The translations under genes and the position numbers were made by a program. The notes under the pieces are model-generated. The model ran no database searches. It saw only the letters and a list, made by a program, of their open reading frames with translations, and was not told the origin of the DNA. A stretch of 64,000 nucleotides of DNA from Octopus bimaculoides (taxonomy: Eukaryota): positions 131,841,338 through 131,905,337 of the forward strand of contig NC_068981.1 of the NCBI RefSeq assembly GCF_001194135.2, given 5' to 3'. This document shows, piece after piece, positions 12,410 through 26,500 of this stretch. Position 1 is the stretch's first letter. Each line of letters starts with the position of its first letter.

Positions 12410-14559
12410 AAATCCTGGAACAAGTTACTGGTGCATATTTCAAGTAAAAGTTTTTACCAAGCCATCAGTTGCTTGTGATAATGTACAAAATCTGTGTCAT
12501 TTAGTACACTCTGTTAGAAATCACTAATTGTGATTTTTACTCATTTCACCTTCTCCATTCTTTTCCTTGGAAATATTGGGATTAAAAATATTCAGCTTTA
12601 GATACAAATATCAGAAAAGTATGATATCACTACCAGTCCAGACTTTGTGATCAGATTTGTTTTGCAATCTTTTTATATCCAAATAGCTGTATTAAGGTAT
12701 TTTTGACACAAAATTCATCTGACGAAGGAATTGTCTGGTAAAAATGGCATAATCTTTCATAAAGCAAATTTGTTGGCAAAGATATTTTAAAAAACTTCAT
12801 GAAGGATATTTCTGGAAAGTGAAATCATATTCAGAAAATGTTTGCTGTTTAGTAATACAGAATTTTTTTTTTTTGTGAAAAAAATGCAATCATCTCTTCT
12901 CAGTGTTGTTTCTATCTTTCTAGGAAAAGGATACTAGGCTTCATTCAATTCATTGCAAAGTTAAACTTAACCAATGCCACTGTTTTCATCATATAACACT
13001 GTTGTTAGCAAACTGCAGCTGTTTTAATATAAAGTTTGTTTGTCATTTATAAAATAATGATAAAGACAATACACTTTCTTTGGAAGTATGTATAAATGAA
13101 ATGTTATAAGAGAGCAATGTAACTGGGAGGAGATGGTGATGTGGAAAGTGCAGTAGGAATGAATACCATAAAGTTAATTAAAAGTAATTTTGTGGGGAAA
13201 ATTTTCAATAAATAATGCACTACTTGGTTTGCCTATGTAATATATGAAACGTGTGTAATAGTGTGTATAGATATATGGGAATGTAAATGTTTCACTTTGA
13301 TTATATAATAAACAGGGCTCTATCTCCTCAGGCGTCTTCTAGTAAGTGACAATATGGCCAAGTCATCATTAACCATAGTTATCTGAAACACAGTAGGAGT
13401 CAAATGATAACAGTATCAGTTCTCCAGATAAAGAGTTATTTTTATATCTCATGCTGTGCATTGGGCAAGATGATGCACTTCTGTTCTGTTTACTTTGTGA
13501 CAGCAAAACAGATAACAAATCAAGTGATCAGGAAATGGAGAACAGCAGAAGTAAATGTTAACTCGTTAACATAGGCCAAATGATTGGATGATCTTTGAGG
13601 AACTATTATATATGTAAACAAATTTCATTATTCTCCCTTGTAATGACTGTTATGTATGAAAAGTTACCATTGTTATATCTTATTTTCTTATATGTATCTA
13701 TGATGTGTTTAATACGCCTTCTTTCTAGCAAAATATAAAATAAAATGTTTTATTATAGCACATGCACTATTTTTTATTAAAAACAACTACTTTTTTGTAA
13801 TATATTGGTGTACTTTTTTTTTTATTTGCTTCATTATTTCTCATCTCTTCTTTATGTCCAAGGATGCTTGCTTGTCTCAGATCAGGTAGATGGAAGAAGT
13901 GAGTAAAATTGCTACTCTTAATAGAGATAACGAGATGGAAATTATTTCCTTTTAGATGCACATAGTGAAGTTCCATGTGGTGGTGGTGGTACTCAGAATA
14001 AAGAATTTCATGTAATGATTGATATGGATGTTAAGAGGCAAATAATTCCAAAAGAAAAGTGAGGAGAAAAGAGATGTGTGGTAAGAATAGGGTCAAATTG
14101 AAATGCTATGTCCTGAAAAACAGTTAATTGTAGCAGTGGTTGCAGAGGTGGAGAAAGGATACAATGTTAGGACAAAGAGTGAATGTTTTCAGTAAAAGAA
14201 GGTTTATTAGTTAAGTTGGTGCAATGCCTAGGCACAAGAATAGTATTTCATAAGAGTTATGCTTTGTATGGTAGAGGAGAGGCAGAGAATAACACATAGA
14301 AAGGGTGAGAATAAAGGCTGGAAGTGGGATGAAGGAAGGAACTTGTTGCACAAGAATAAGGGGATGTAATATGTCAAAGAGGAGTGGTGGTTTTTTAGAG
14401 GGGAGTAAGGAGATGAATTGTGGAGAATAGCTTGATAGGGTAGTATGAGTGTAGGGTCAATGCCCAGCTTGTACCAGCATAGACAAAATGGTTTTAGGAT
14501 CTCATATTTGCCATTATGAATGGGTTTTCTCAAGCACAACAAATCGCCAATCTTGACCC

Positions 14560-14935
14560 TTTATCATCTCTTCTGTGAGGCTTTGCATTTTGAGATCAGC
14601 CTTCACTACTTCATCTCATGTCTTCTTGGGTTTTCCTTTTGCACAAGTTCCATCCACTTTAAGTGGTTGACACTTCTTTATGCAGCTGTCCTCATCCATA
14701 TGCATCACATTACCAAACTAGTGCAGTCTTCTCTCTGCAACAGATCTGATTCCTCTTATGCATAGTTTCTCTCTCAGTACATTAGCACTGCCATAAACGC
14801 ACAGATATTACACATTCAACAGAGTCTCTAGTCTTCACATGTCCTCAGAGCCCATGTCTCACTACCATGTATTCTTTTGCTTGTACACATGCATCATACA
14901 ATTTGCCTTTCATTCAGATAAATTTATATGACATA
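14560..14935 (-). mobile_element. RTE LINE C-terminal fragment
   Basis: The reverse complement resembles 39780-40110 (GGCAAATTGTATGATGC, GAGGACATG, GGATGAGGACAGCTG). Confidence 0.6.
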
Positions 14936-15662
14936 CTTTCAGGCAGTTTCCATCAACCAAATTCACTCCCAAAGCATTGGTTGACCTAAGGTTATAAAAG
15001 AAGACACTTGCCCAAGGAACTGTGCAGTGGAACTGAACCTGAACAAAATGGTTGCAAAGCAACCTTCTTAACCACACAACCATGCCTGCACTGGAATATT
15101 TTTGGATAATTTTGTTTAATTGGATGACAGGACCATCTAACTAGTTTATTTTTTTTATATATATATGTAAGTAAAATCAAAGGATAAAAATAAAGTTATT
15201 TATAATTCAAAAATTTGATTTATCAAATTATATACAGGTGAAATAAATAGAAACTTATGTAACTGTTTTCTTCACCATTCATAATAATGGTTTCATATTT
15301 TGGCACAAGGCCAGCAGTTTTGGGGAAAGGGGCATGTCGGTTACATTGACCCCAGTGCTGAGTACTTAGATGTGTAAGAATAGATACATGTGAATCTTCT
15401 CAACATATATGTATGCACACATGCACAAACATGTATACACACACATATGTAGGCACTTGTATATTATAGTTCTCAATAGAGTGGTTATATCAATCAAAGT
15501 ATACAGTATTATAGATCCATTTCAGCCAAGCTAACCAGTAGGTTTTGCACTGGCAATAAATAACCAGATAAGTAACACCACATACTGTTATCTAATATCT
15601 GATTATTTAATACCCAGTGCAAAACTAATTATTTGTTAGATCAACTCACAAGTATCTTTTGT

Positions 15663-16209
15663 TCAGTCTGTCTCATCCTCCTTACTATGTTCCCTCATGT
15701 ACTGATCAACAGTATATTCTGACTGTTTTTTGTCACAAGTATTTTTTTGCCTGACGAGGCCTTTAAGAAGAATCTTAGCATCTTTGATGTCATTTTCAAC
15801 AATATCAAATTTTGAAGGTTCAGTTTGACCTTTCACCTTGTTGATGAGTCTAGTATAATTCAAGTCATAGGCTTGATATGTAAATTGAGTTGTAATGCTA
15901 GAAGAAATCTCATCAGAGTCTTCACTGGAATCTGACGCAGGAGTCTTTTCTGTAGTAGTTGTATTTGAGTCATATTTAACTTCTAAATCATTGTCATCAA
16001 TTTGATTTTGCAAAGGCTTCTGTCTATCTTTGAGTATCACTTTTGGTTCAGACTTGAGTAAATCATAGTCTGAAGTTGATTTGAAATCAATACCCATATC
16101 GGCCTCTTTTAACAGTTCCAGTATCTTTACGTAGTTTACACTGGATGTATCTGGCACAAATACAATTGGTGGGACGGTACCAACTAAATGGTAATCAATC
16201 AGATGATGT
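15663..16209 (-). CDS. RBFA: RBFA exon 5 (terminal)
   Basis: HHLIDYHLVGTVPPIVFVPD...EDETD*; lies within ORF 15663-16223. Confidence 0.9.
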
Positions 16210-19200
16210 CTGTAATTATACAAAGAGTTTTGGAATTGTTATATGATATGAAACCAAACATTCAAATTGTTTTAAAGAAAAGCATGGGAAAATGTCTTTT
16301 ACTATAGCTTTGTGGGTGAAATTGGAGAGAGAGAGAGTGACATTTTACAAAATATAGTCAATTAAATGTGCCAGTTCTTAGATGAACATCACTACCTGGC
16401 TCTTAGGTGCCACTATGTTCAAAGCATTCATACTAAGTCCCTGTTTTGAGGATAATATTTGTTTTTTGACTTGCTTCAATCATTGGACAGTGTCCATGCT
16501 GTGACACCCCTTCATGAGTCAGTACCTGTTCTGTTGGTCTCTTTTGCTGAAATGTTATGTTACAGGGATGTAAACAAACCAACAAAGATTGTCAAGTCGT
16601 GGTGGGAGACGCACACAAAGACATACATGTGTGTGTGTGTGTGTATATATATATATACGCACGCACACACACATATGTAATGGGCTTCCACACATTCCCC
16701 ATCTGCTAAATTCACTCACAAGACGCTTACCCAAAGTGCTGTGAGTCAAAACCACATGGTTGCAAAGTGAGTTTCTTAACCACATAGCAACATCTGCACT
16801 TTAAAGTGGATTCCCCCCCCCCCATTTCTTCCAATAGTCTCAAAGGCCCTGCCAAAAGGTATGGCTAATATCCTTTCCTCTTCTATAAGACATAAAAAAA
16901 TATCCCTAAAAATCAACCATCCAGAACCCATGACCAGATAGTGAAACACATCTACATATCTCTTCTAACAAAGAATGTGGAAGAAATGAGAGAGAAGAAC
17001 TCAGTGATGGAGCAGGAAACTATATATTGAGTGATGTCAACCATTTAAAATTTTGATTTTATTGACTCAATAAAAGAATCAAGACTCATTTAAATGAATC
17101 TATGTGGCTCAGATATTTTCAATGTTTCTTTCACTAACCTTTAGCTGCCAAACTTGCATTTTTGGATGCTAGTCTTTAAGGAGTTACAGTAATGTCTTAA
17201 GGTTACAAAAGAATGGCTTCGAATTTCCGGGAAGAAGTTTAATATAATTAACTAAACTCAGTACTTGAATCTGTTTATCTTTCAACTTCTCGAAGATAAA
17301 AGGGAAATTTATCAGTATTTGAAGTCTCGTTGTTAAAAACCCTTAACTTAAAGAAATTCAACTATTTAGATAATGATTTTTTTTCTCCTTACAAAGGGTG
17401 TAATTTTAATTAGTTAAAATTTGTTGCCTCACTCTATTAAGTATGTTAGCAACCATTTTACTATCTTTTCATCCAATTACAATTGGAAAAACATTTCACT
17501 GCTTAAGTACCTCCCACTGTCAGTTGGTATAACTTTTATACCAAAGACACACACATACTACCACCACTACTGCCAGCAGCAGGTCAGCTTTGATAAAACA
17601 TCATAGACAACAAAAGAGCAGTAAAAGGTTATATTTTTGCTTACCTTATGGAATAAGATTTCTTGGTCAGCATATCCTGAATAATATCATCTTTTTCTGT
17701 TCCTGTTGCCACCCAGTAAACAGTCACAGCTGTAAAGTCATTATCAATCTTCACCTGTAAACAAATACTGATTTATTATTATTTTTTTTTTTTTGATTTA
17801 GCATAAGGCTATGTTTTCTTAGGTTCTAAGTCAATTGAATAAAATTAATGGTAATTATTCTTACTTATTTTACTATAATTTCTAGCATACATATCAACAT
17901 GATATATAGTATAAACATTCAAACTTGCTGCATTTCACATGGAATTTTTGGTCCTGCAAAATCTTCCTGATGTATAGGTAGACCTACCCTTTATCAGCTG
18001 TAAATTTTGACATGTATATTGGAAAATACAGTTTTATCTTAGAGGAAGACCTATGTAGAACTAAGCCGAGTACAGTAAAAGAACATTATCCTCAGCCTTG
18101 TCTGAAAATCAATATCAAATCTTTACTTTGAAACATGATATATTTGCCATATGTTGTAAGGAAAAACTATCAACACTTTTACGAAGCATAAGAGATTATT
18201 TTCTTGTTTTTCCACCTGAGCTAAGTAACCATTTCAAAAATCTCACAGATTCATAAGGCTAATATTGACCTCTGGTTCCTGGAGCATAAAGTAAAATAAG
18301 ACAAATTTCCTATTGGGTAGGAACAAACTACATTGCAGGAAATTTTCCCAAACAGATGAACAAAAGCAGGCATAATTAAATGTGCTCTTTTTACAGTAAC
18401 ACAGTAAAAAATGATTCTGGATGATCTATGAACCAGTAGTTCAATACCTTAGCCAGTCTTCCAAGCCAACAAGAGTTGGAAACAGAAATTAATTAGAATT
18501 TCATGGATTGTTGCAGAAAGAGATATACAATTTGGTGTTTTTGTACATACCAAACCATCATCTCTAATATGTAACTAAATTCTTATAATTTAGTTAACAG
18601 AGTTGAATTACTAAAGAAGAGTGATATGTATAAAGTATTACTAGAAGTAATGTATAAACTTGTTTCATAAACCCTTAGTCCAACAACTTACTTATGCAGT
18701 ATCTATAACTTATTGTACTGACATCATTGAAGAGTCTTAGGGAAAAAGCATCATATACACAATCATCAGAAATCTAGTAACATACATGCATGCATACCAG
18801 GTCAAGTCAAAAGTTTTTTTTGTATTTCAAGCTTTAATTAATAGTTCAAACAAATTACATGCAAAATGTGTTTACTCATCAAAATATATCTCATCATATT
18901 TTATTGTCTGTTGACATTTATGTGTCAGAAGCTGAATTCCATGCTTGTATCATTTGATTGTTTTAGAGGCAAAAAAAACTACCAGCAGCTATCTTCAACC
19001 TCATCCACATTGTTGAACTACCATCAGTACAGGAAATAAACCATGGCTTGAAAAAAGGTGGTAATGCAAAAAGGTGATAGTGCAAAATCTGGACTGTAGG
19101 TAAGGATGAGGCAGCACTTCCAGCCCCTCAAGTTAGTACTTGGTCACATTGGCAGAGTGTGTTGGGAAACTGTTATGCTGTAGGAGAGGGTGACTTCGAT

Positions 19201-20510
19201 TGATCAATACTTGGTAGTCAACTTTGAAAGCATCATACACTCACTTCAGTTGTTGAGCACAGCGGTTCACAACATGGCCATCTGGGACAAGCTCCAAGTG
19301 CAATATCTCCTTGAAATTCCACCAAACTCACAACATGACCTTCTGTTCAAACTGCACTTATTTGACAATAGGTTCTGATACCTGGCCGGAAATAAGCCAC
19401 TGATTTCTCTTATTAGGATTACACAAAATAGATATCGCCAGTTACAATTCGACTCCAAAAATGGTCATCTCAAAGATTTACCAGCAGTTGTTTGGAAATG
19501 TTCACAATTCATTTAGTTTTGTCATTGGCCATTTCATGAGGAACTTCTCAACAGCATCTGTTCACAAGGCCAAGCTTATGAAGGAGTCGATGATGCTTTG
19601 TGAAGGATCAAGTTCTGCTGGCAATGTTCGAGTGTTTGTGCTTGGCAGTCATTCAACCATTTCAAGCAAGACCTCATCTATAACAGAAGGGCTCCTTAAC
19701 ATGTGTTTGTCTTCGAGGTTGGTGTCACTTTCCTTGAAATGTCTGAACTAGTTTTGTGCCACATGTTTGTTGACAGTTCCTGAGTCTTCCACATCTTTTG
19801 TTGCTGTCCTTGCACTCAGTCCTTTTCCCCTCAGGCTAACCAAAGCCTTGCAAGTAGATTTGGTTCATGGAAATTGAAAGAATCCCATCATATATGTATG
19901 TTTATATTATATTTAGGTCACAATATATGGATTCAAGTAATCCAGTAGTACTCATAAAAAAAAAACAACTCCTTAATGTATCATTCTACAAAACATAAGA
20001 TATATAATATGACAAAAAGAGGAAATCATAGGGAGTGTATAAAGTGATAAATGATGAGAGTAACAGTATGATGAAAATTCATTTAACTATAAGAAAATTT
20101 TCATCATACTTGAGAAGTGGCTGTGTGGTAAGTAGCTTGCTTACCAATCACATGGTTCCGGGTTCAGTCCCACTGCGTGGCACCTTGGGCAAGTGTCTTC
20201 TACTATAGCCTCAGGCTGACCAAAGCCTTGTGAGTGGATTTGGTAGACGGAAACTGAAAGAAGCCCGTCGTATATATGTATATATATATGTGTGTTTGTC
20301 CCCCCAACATCGCTTGACAACCGATGCTTGTGTGTTTACGTCCCTGTAACTTAGCAGTTCGGCAAAAGAGACCGATAGAATAAGTACTAGGCTTACAAAG
20401 AATAAGTCCTGGGGTCGATTTGCTCGACTAAAGGCGGTGCTCCAGCATGGCCGCAGTCAAATGACTGAAACAAGTAAAAGAGTATACTATTCTTGTCATT
20501 TATAACTTTA

Positions 20511-20541
<31 letters not shown>

Positions 20542-23500
20542 TCTGAGCACATGGGTTTATATATACTCTTGTCAATGTTGCTTCCAGGCTTTTTGAAAAA
20601 TATTACCTTGCTTGGAAACAAGTGAGAGTTGGCAACAGAAAGGACATCTAGCCATAAAACAAATCTGCCTCAACAAATTCTGACTGACCTACGCAAGCAT
20701 GGAAAAGTAGACATTAAATGATGATAAACTTTAAGTTTTACACTTCAGTAAAACATACCCCATTTAACAACACATGACATTGAAAAAGTTATACAGTGCA
20801 TTTCAGTATTAAAGAAAAGAGTTTAGTTAAGAAAAATGAACCAACTTTAGAGATTTCAACGCTTTCACTGATATTTTCATGGTCAAATTCAATAAGATCT
20901 GAAATATAGTGATAAAACACTTTGCTGATCTGTTCCAATCGTTTCTGCCTGAAAGGATTAATTTTTTTCTTAGCAGGACCAAAAACGTTTGGAATGTTCT
21001 GGAATGAAGAAAAAGCAAACATGTTTATATATATATAAAACTATAAAACAGAGTTTGTGTGTGTGTGTGTATGTTCCTTATGGATTTGAAAACTGAGTTG
21101 CCAATTTTGACGTATGTGGTATCAAAGATTCAGTAATCTTTTGGCTACCAAATAAAGTATGTTTTTTGTACAACCATTCTTTTTTACTACATAAATAACC
21201 TTGAAAACGAGATCGGGTCACAACATTTTGAGGTCTTTAGCTAAGGGGGGCAACTCTGTCTGAACAATCTTTACATCTTAGAGAGTAATGAGAAAATGTT
21301 TAAAATATATGGAGTTTTACCAGGGAATGAAACTTCGAAGATATATCATCAACTTTATTAGTATTATTTAGTAGATAATCTTTTATTGTGAAGTATGTTT
21401 GTCTGTGTTTTGTTTNNNNNNNNNNNNNNNNNNNNNNNNNNNNNNNNNNNNNNNNNNNNNNNNNNNNNNNNNNNNNNNNNNNNNNNNNNNNNNNNNNNNN
21501 NNNNNNNNNNNNNNNNNNNNNNNNNNNNNNNNNNNNNNNNNNNNNNNNNNNNNNNNNNNNNNNNNNNNNNNNNNNNNNNNNNNNNNNNNNNNNNNNNNNN
21601 NNNNNNNNNNNNNNNNNNNNNNNNNNNNNNNNNNNNNNNNNNNNNNNNNNNNNNNNNNNNNNNNNNNNNNNNNNNNNNNNNNNNNNNNNNNNNNNNNNNN
21701 NNNNNNNNNNNNNNNNNNNNNNNNNNNNNNNNNNNNNNNNNNNNNNNNNNNNNNNGGATGTTCAATATGAAGTTTTGAACTCATTATGTTGTGGTTAGTA
21801 ATCCATTACCTTAAATCTGAAGCCATTAAGTCTTTAAACATTATTTTAATGGGTTTAGTCCTTCAAAAATTTAATTGATCATACTGACCTCAGTACGTAT
21901 TTCAATCTGGCATTTATTTTATAGATATCTGCTTGATGAACTGCTAACTTTGAGACATAGTGGGACACAATACTCGATTTAACAACAAATGTAAACACAC
22001 ACACACACATTAGGTGCAAGAATGACTGTGTGGTTGAGAAGTTTGCTTCCCAATCACATGGTTCCACGTTCAGTCCCTCTGCATGGTATCTTGGACAAGT
22101 TTTGTCTACTATAGCCCTAGGCCAACAACAGACTTGTGACTGAGTTTGGTAGATGGAAACAAACAGCGCTGTTCATCAGAAAATGACCAAAAAACATGTT
22201 TATAAAAAGACGTTTGCTTCATACTCCTCATGTGCTGATTCTGCCCATAAGAAAGGAACAAATAATACAATGTGGTTGTAGGTCATAACACCTGGGCAAT
22301 ACCGGAGTGCATTGCTAGTAGAATATATTCCAATATTTAAAACTTTTATTTAGTAAACACCAAGTATTTCATTATATTTGAAAATTCAAAGTGACAGTGG
22401 TCAAAAATATATCATTAAGTTTGTTCATATTTTTTATTTCAATCTCTGAAGAGATAAATTTATTTACTTTCAATCAGAATAGATACCACTAACCCTAATC
22501 TAATCTTTGGAAACATGCTACAGTATATGTTTCATGCTACAAAAGAGTAATCCATCTGACCCTGCCAGCTAAGGCCTTATCACTCAAAATCTAAGACATG
22601 GAAACAATTGTTCACAAAGACCTTTTCTATCACTTTGAGTCTCTCTCTTCCCCCTCTATGATCAATATGGTTCCCATTATGCCAGATCTATTGGAAATTT
22701 GCTGAACAGAGTCTCTCACATTAGAGAAATTCAAAGCAATCAATTATATTATGTTTAACAACTTCAAAGCCTTTAACAGTGTTTGGTATGCAAACCTTGT
22801 AGTTAGGTTGCTTGTCTATATTCCTTATTCAATCTTAATTCTTTATAATGGTAGCTCTCTGTCAGACTGCACCACTGCAAATATACTGATAGGTATTCTA
22901 TCCAAACATCCACATCATATCAACTCTAGTGTACCCTAAAGTTTGGTAATGTCTCTCACACTTCTCATTCTGTACATTAACAACTTATTTGCTTCACTCT
23001 AAACAACAGAATTCTTTTTAACCCTTTAGCATTTAAACTGCAGCCTCACAGCTCATAACCATTTGTTGTATGCACTGGTATGGACATGTCCTCCATCTCC
23101 CACTAGATCATTCCACCAGGACTTTACTCTTATTCAACGCAGCAGCTGCAGGCTGAAAGAGGCCTCATGCCAGGCCCCACACTAGATGGATGGACATGAT
23201 GGAGAGGAAGATTTCCAGAAGCTCAATGTCACCTTGGAGGATGCAGAGGGGCTGACACAGGACCACAAGCTATGGAGAGCACTGGTGGACCTGGTCAGCT
23301 CTATGCATGATAACACCTCTGGGACCACTAACTTGGAATGACCCCAGCCCCATCAAGCAAAAGCATAAAATCAAAGCAAGAAGAAGCATATATGGCCCAA
23401 ATATTCTACTTCTTTTATGTTCAATCCAGTCAGAGCCAATCTCTGACACCTGCCCTACAATATCATTCAAAAAATAAACAATCACACCATTGAAATTTGA

Positions 23501-26500
23501 AAGCTATGAGACAATGCATGATTAATTCAAAACAATTTGAATAAATAAGTGTTACATCTGACAGAATAATCTGAATGTTGAAGGATTAAGATTTTTGCAT
23601 ACATGTGTCATCTATGACAGCTTCATCTCTTTCAATAGACAGACACAATCACTACACATATCGAGTGAACAGTCTTGAACATCATCCTCTCTAGTCATGA
23701 ATGTACATCCGAAACATTTGAATGTCAGGTCTCAAAATTTCTGTTATGATGACTTCACATAATACATGACAGTCAACCCTGTAGGCAGCTCAAATTATCA
23801 TGAGAGTCTTTTCATACTAGATAAAATGGTGGAGGAGCAGTCACTAATACTACTTTTGAAGAACTCCTCCTGGATGGGTTGCTAGTCCATCACAAGGTTA
23901 ACTCCTGAGTGAACTAGGGTAATGTGAAATGAAGTACCTTGCTTAAGGACACAATATGCAGCCTGATCTAGGAATCAATCACATAACTTTATGATTGTGA
24001 ACCAAACATCCTAACATCTAGGACATGTGCCTTCATTCACACACATGTAGCATAGCCAAAACAGCATCAGACACCACAGTTCCTCTTTACAACCTGAAAA
24101 TACCCAAACCTATCCTAACTCCCTACAAAGCTGAAATAAAAACCAATATTGGCGTACTGCTGTGATTGCAGACACGAACATCATAAACCAAGAAAGAAGG
24201 CCATTCAACTAAATGGCAAAGGTTTACTCACCAACACATTTCAATCACTAATACACAGGCTCACAATTCTCTCTCTCTTTCTTTCCCTCTCCCTTTTCTA
24301 TTGCTACTACAATGGCTTCCGATACTCTGAACTAGCTAGCTGCATATTCTCCCATGCAAGCTCACTGTCTTTTCCACTCATCACTCTTATTCTTTTTCAT
24401 CTTCCAGATTCCACACTGAACACTTTCATAGTCCTTCCTCCTTACATGTGCAACCCATTGGAAACCCATCTGGTTTTTCATACTGATGATGATCTACAAA
24501 TGTTCAAACTCAACATCAACCACACCAATCTCACCAGGCTGTGGATCACCCTCTTCCACATTTAATTAGCTTATATTAGGTTGTCAAGAAAGTTCTTGAG
24601 GTTTTTAACCTTTAAATTCAGATGCACATATTTTGGCTCAAACAAAACTTTATTAATCGAAATAAACACCATCAGAATCAACACATTTTTGCCAACGCAA
24701 AACAAGTTTATTTATGCCAGTAGCGTAAAAATCCTGCGTTCTGGTGGCGATGAAGTCGTTGAAGGCGTGTTTGGCATCGTCTTGGTTTTTGAAGCATTTC
24801 TCATGCAGGAAGTTGTGAAGATGCTTGAAAATGTGGTAGTCGGTAGGCAAGAGGTCTGGTGAGTATGGCGGATGAGGCAGAGTTTCGTAGCCCAATTCAT
24901 TCAACTGCTGCAGGGTCAGTTGTGCAACATGCAGCCGAGCGTTGTCGTGGAGAAGAATTGGTCCTTTTCTATTGACCAATGCTGGCTGTTGTCGGAGTTT
25001 CTTATGCATTTCATCCATTTGCTGACAGTGCTTCTCCGCCGTAATGGTTTCATCTGGATCCAAAAAGCTGTGATGGATGAGACCAGCCGCAGACCACCAA
25101 ACAGTTACCATGACCTTCTTTTGGTTCAACTTTGGCTTCAGGAAGTGCTGTGGAGCTTTGTCAGCATCCAACCACTTAGCTGAGCATCGCCGGTTGTCGC
25201 AAGGTTATAGTAAAAGACACTTGCCTAAGGTGCCACGCAGTGGGATTGAACCTGGAACCATGTGGTGGGAAGCAAGCTTCTTACCATACAGCTACGTCTG
25301 CAAGAATACAGTACAGTAGCATGCCATTTTATTAATGACTGAATTTTCAACTGGTTGCTTGGTACTTTACTGACTGAGCCGACTATGTCTCATGCAGGAT
25401 CTCATAAATGTGATATATTGCATATAGGTTTATACCTGTCACCAAACTCAACTCACCAAAATTAGTTTTCGATGGGAATTTTAAAAAAATTATGATAGAG
25501 AAAAGAAGAAAGAAGGACTAATTGTTAGCTACTTCATCTAAATCAAAGTTATAACTTACTAGGTGGTGAATTTGCAAAAATAGTAATGTTTAGGATCAAA
25601 TATATCTTGGTATTTAACTGCAACTCTCTAAGTTCTAAGTTCAAATCCTTCTGCAGTTGGTATCAATTTTACTCCCTCGGGGGTTGGTTTTTAGAGTTTA
25701 GCACGATAGTAGACTTTATCAAGCAGACCCATTATCAAAGACATTCCAACCACAACTATCCAGTTTTTTTTTCCAGCATGGTATATTTAGAGTACATTAT
25801 CAATGTATCTCTTTGTGTTTTTTTAATATGATAGGATGTAATTTGAGGGAAATTTGGCAACTGTTTCTAGCAGACCAACTGATTGTGTGAATCTCTCTCT
25901 CTCTCACTGGGATCGATATGCTGGTACAGCAATCTCCCTCTTAAGTACACAACTCAAACCTAACCACTTGTGCATACTTAGCTGGTAGGTGCATACATAG
26001 CAACAGCATTATTAAATCAGTTGCACAAATGTATGCGTGCCACCAATCACTACAAGACTCATGTATGCACATGGTTTTAGATCATATTTGACTTTGCATG
26101 ACATGTTTAAACAATAAACTTCACAAGATATCACATGCCTTGAGCCGTTAGTACTATTTAGATGTTCATCAATGTTGCCATAGAACAAATTGTTGATAAA
26201 CTTGAACCGGGGATTCTTGAAGATTTTGTGCATACTTATCCGGGATGTGTACTTATCTGGGAGGTTACTGTATTATATCCCACTATTCCCATACATGTGG
26301 GGGAGCATGACCTAATGTTTAAGGTGATGCACTTATGATTGTAGAATTGTGGTTTCAATTTCTGGACCGGGTACTTCATTGTGTTCTTGAGCAAAACACT
26401 CATTTCCCATTGCTCCAATCCACTCAGCTAACAACAGTGAATAATCCTGCAATGGACTAGCATCTCATCCAGAGGAGAATATTTATGCTACAGAATCTGG

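Noticed and set aside
13320-13600. Possible C/D snoRNA boxes downstream of the CENP-T-like gene
   Set aside because: No proper RUGAUGA/CUGA pair with a terminal stem was found.
20112-20200. tRNA-like A/B boxes as tRNA genes (also 560-638, 48671-48740, 58750-58825)
   Set aside because: No complete cloverleaf; each continues into a SINE body.
26012-26233. 73-aa minus-strand ORF in RBFA intron 2
   Set aside because: No recognisable motif or splice context; the length is expected by chance.
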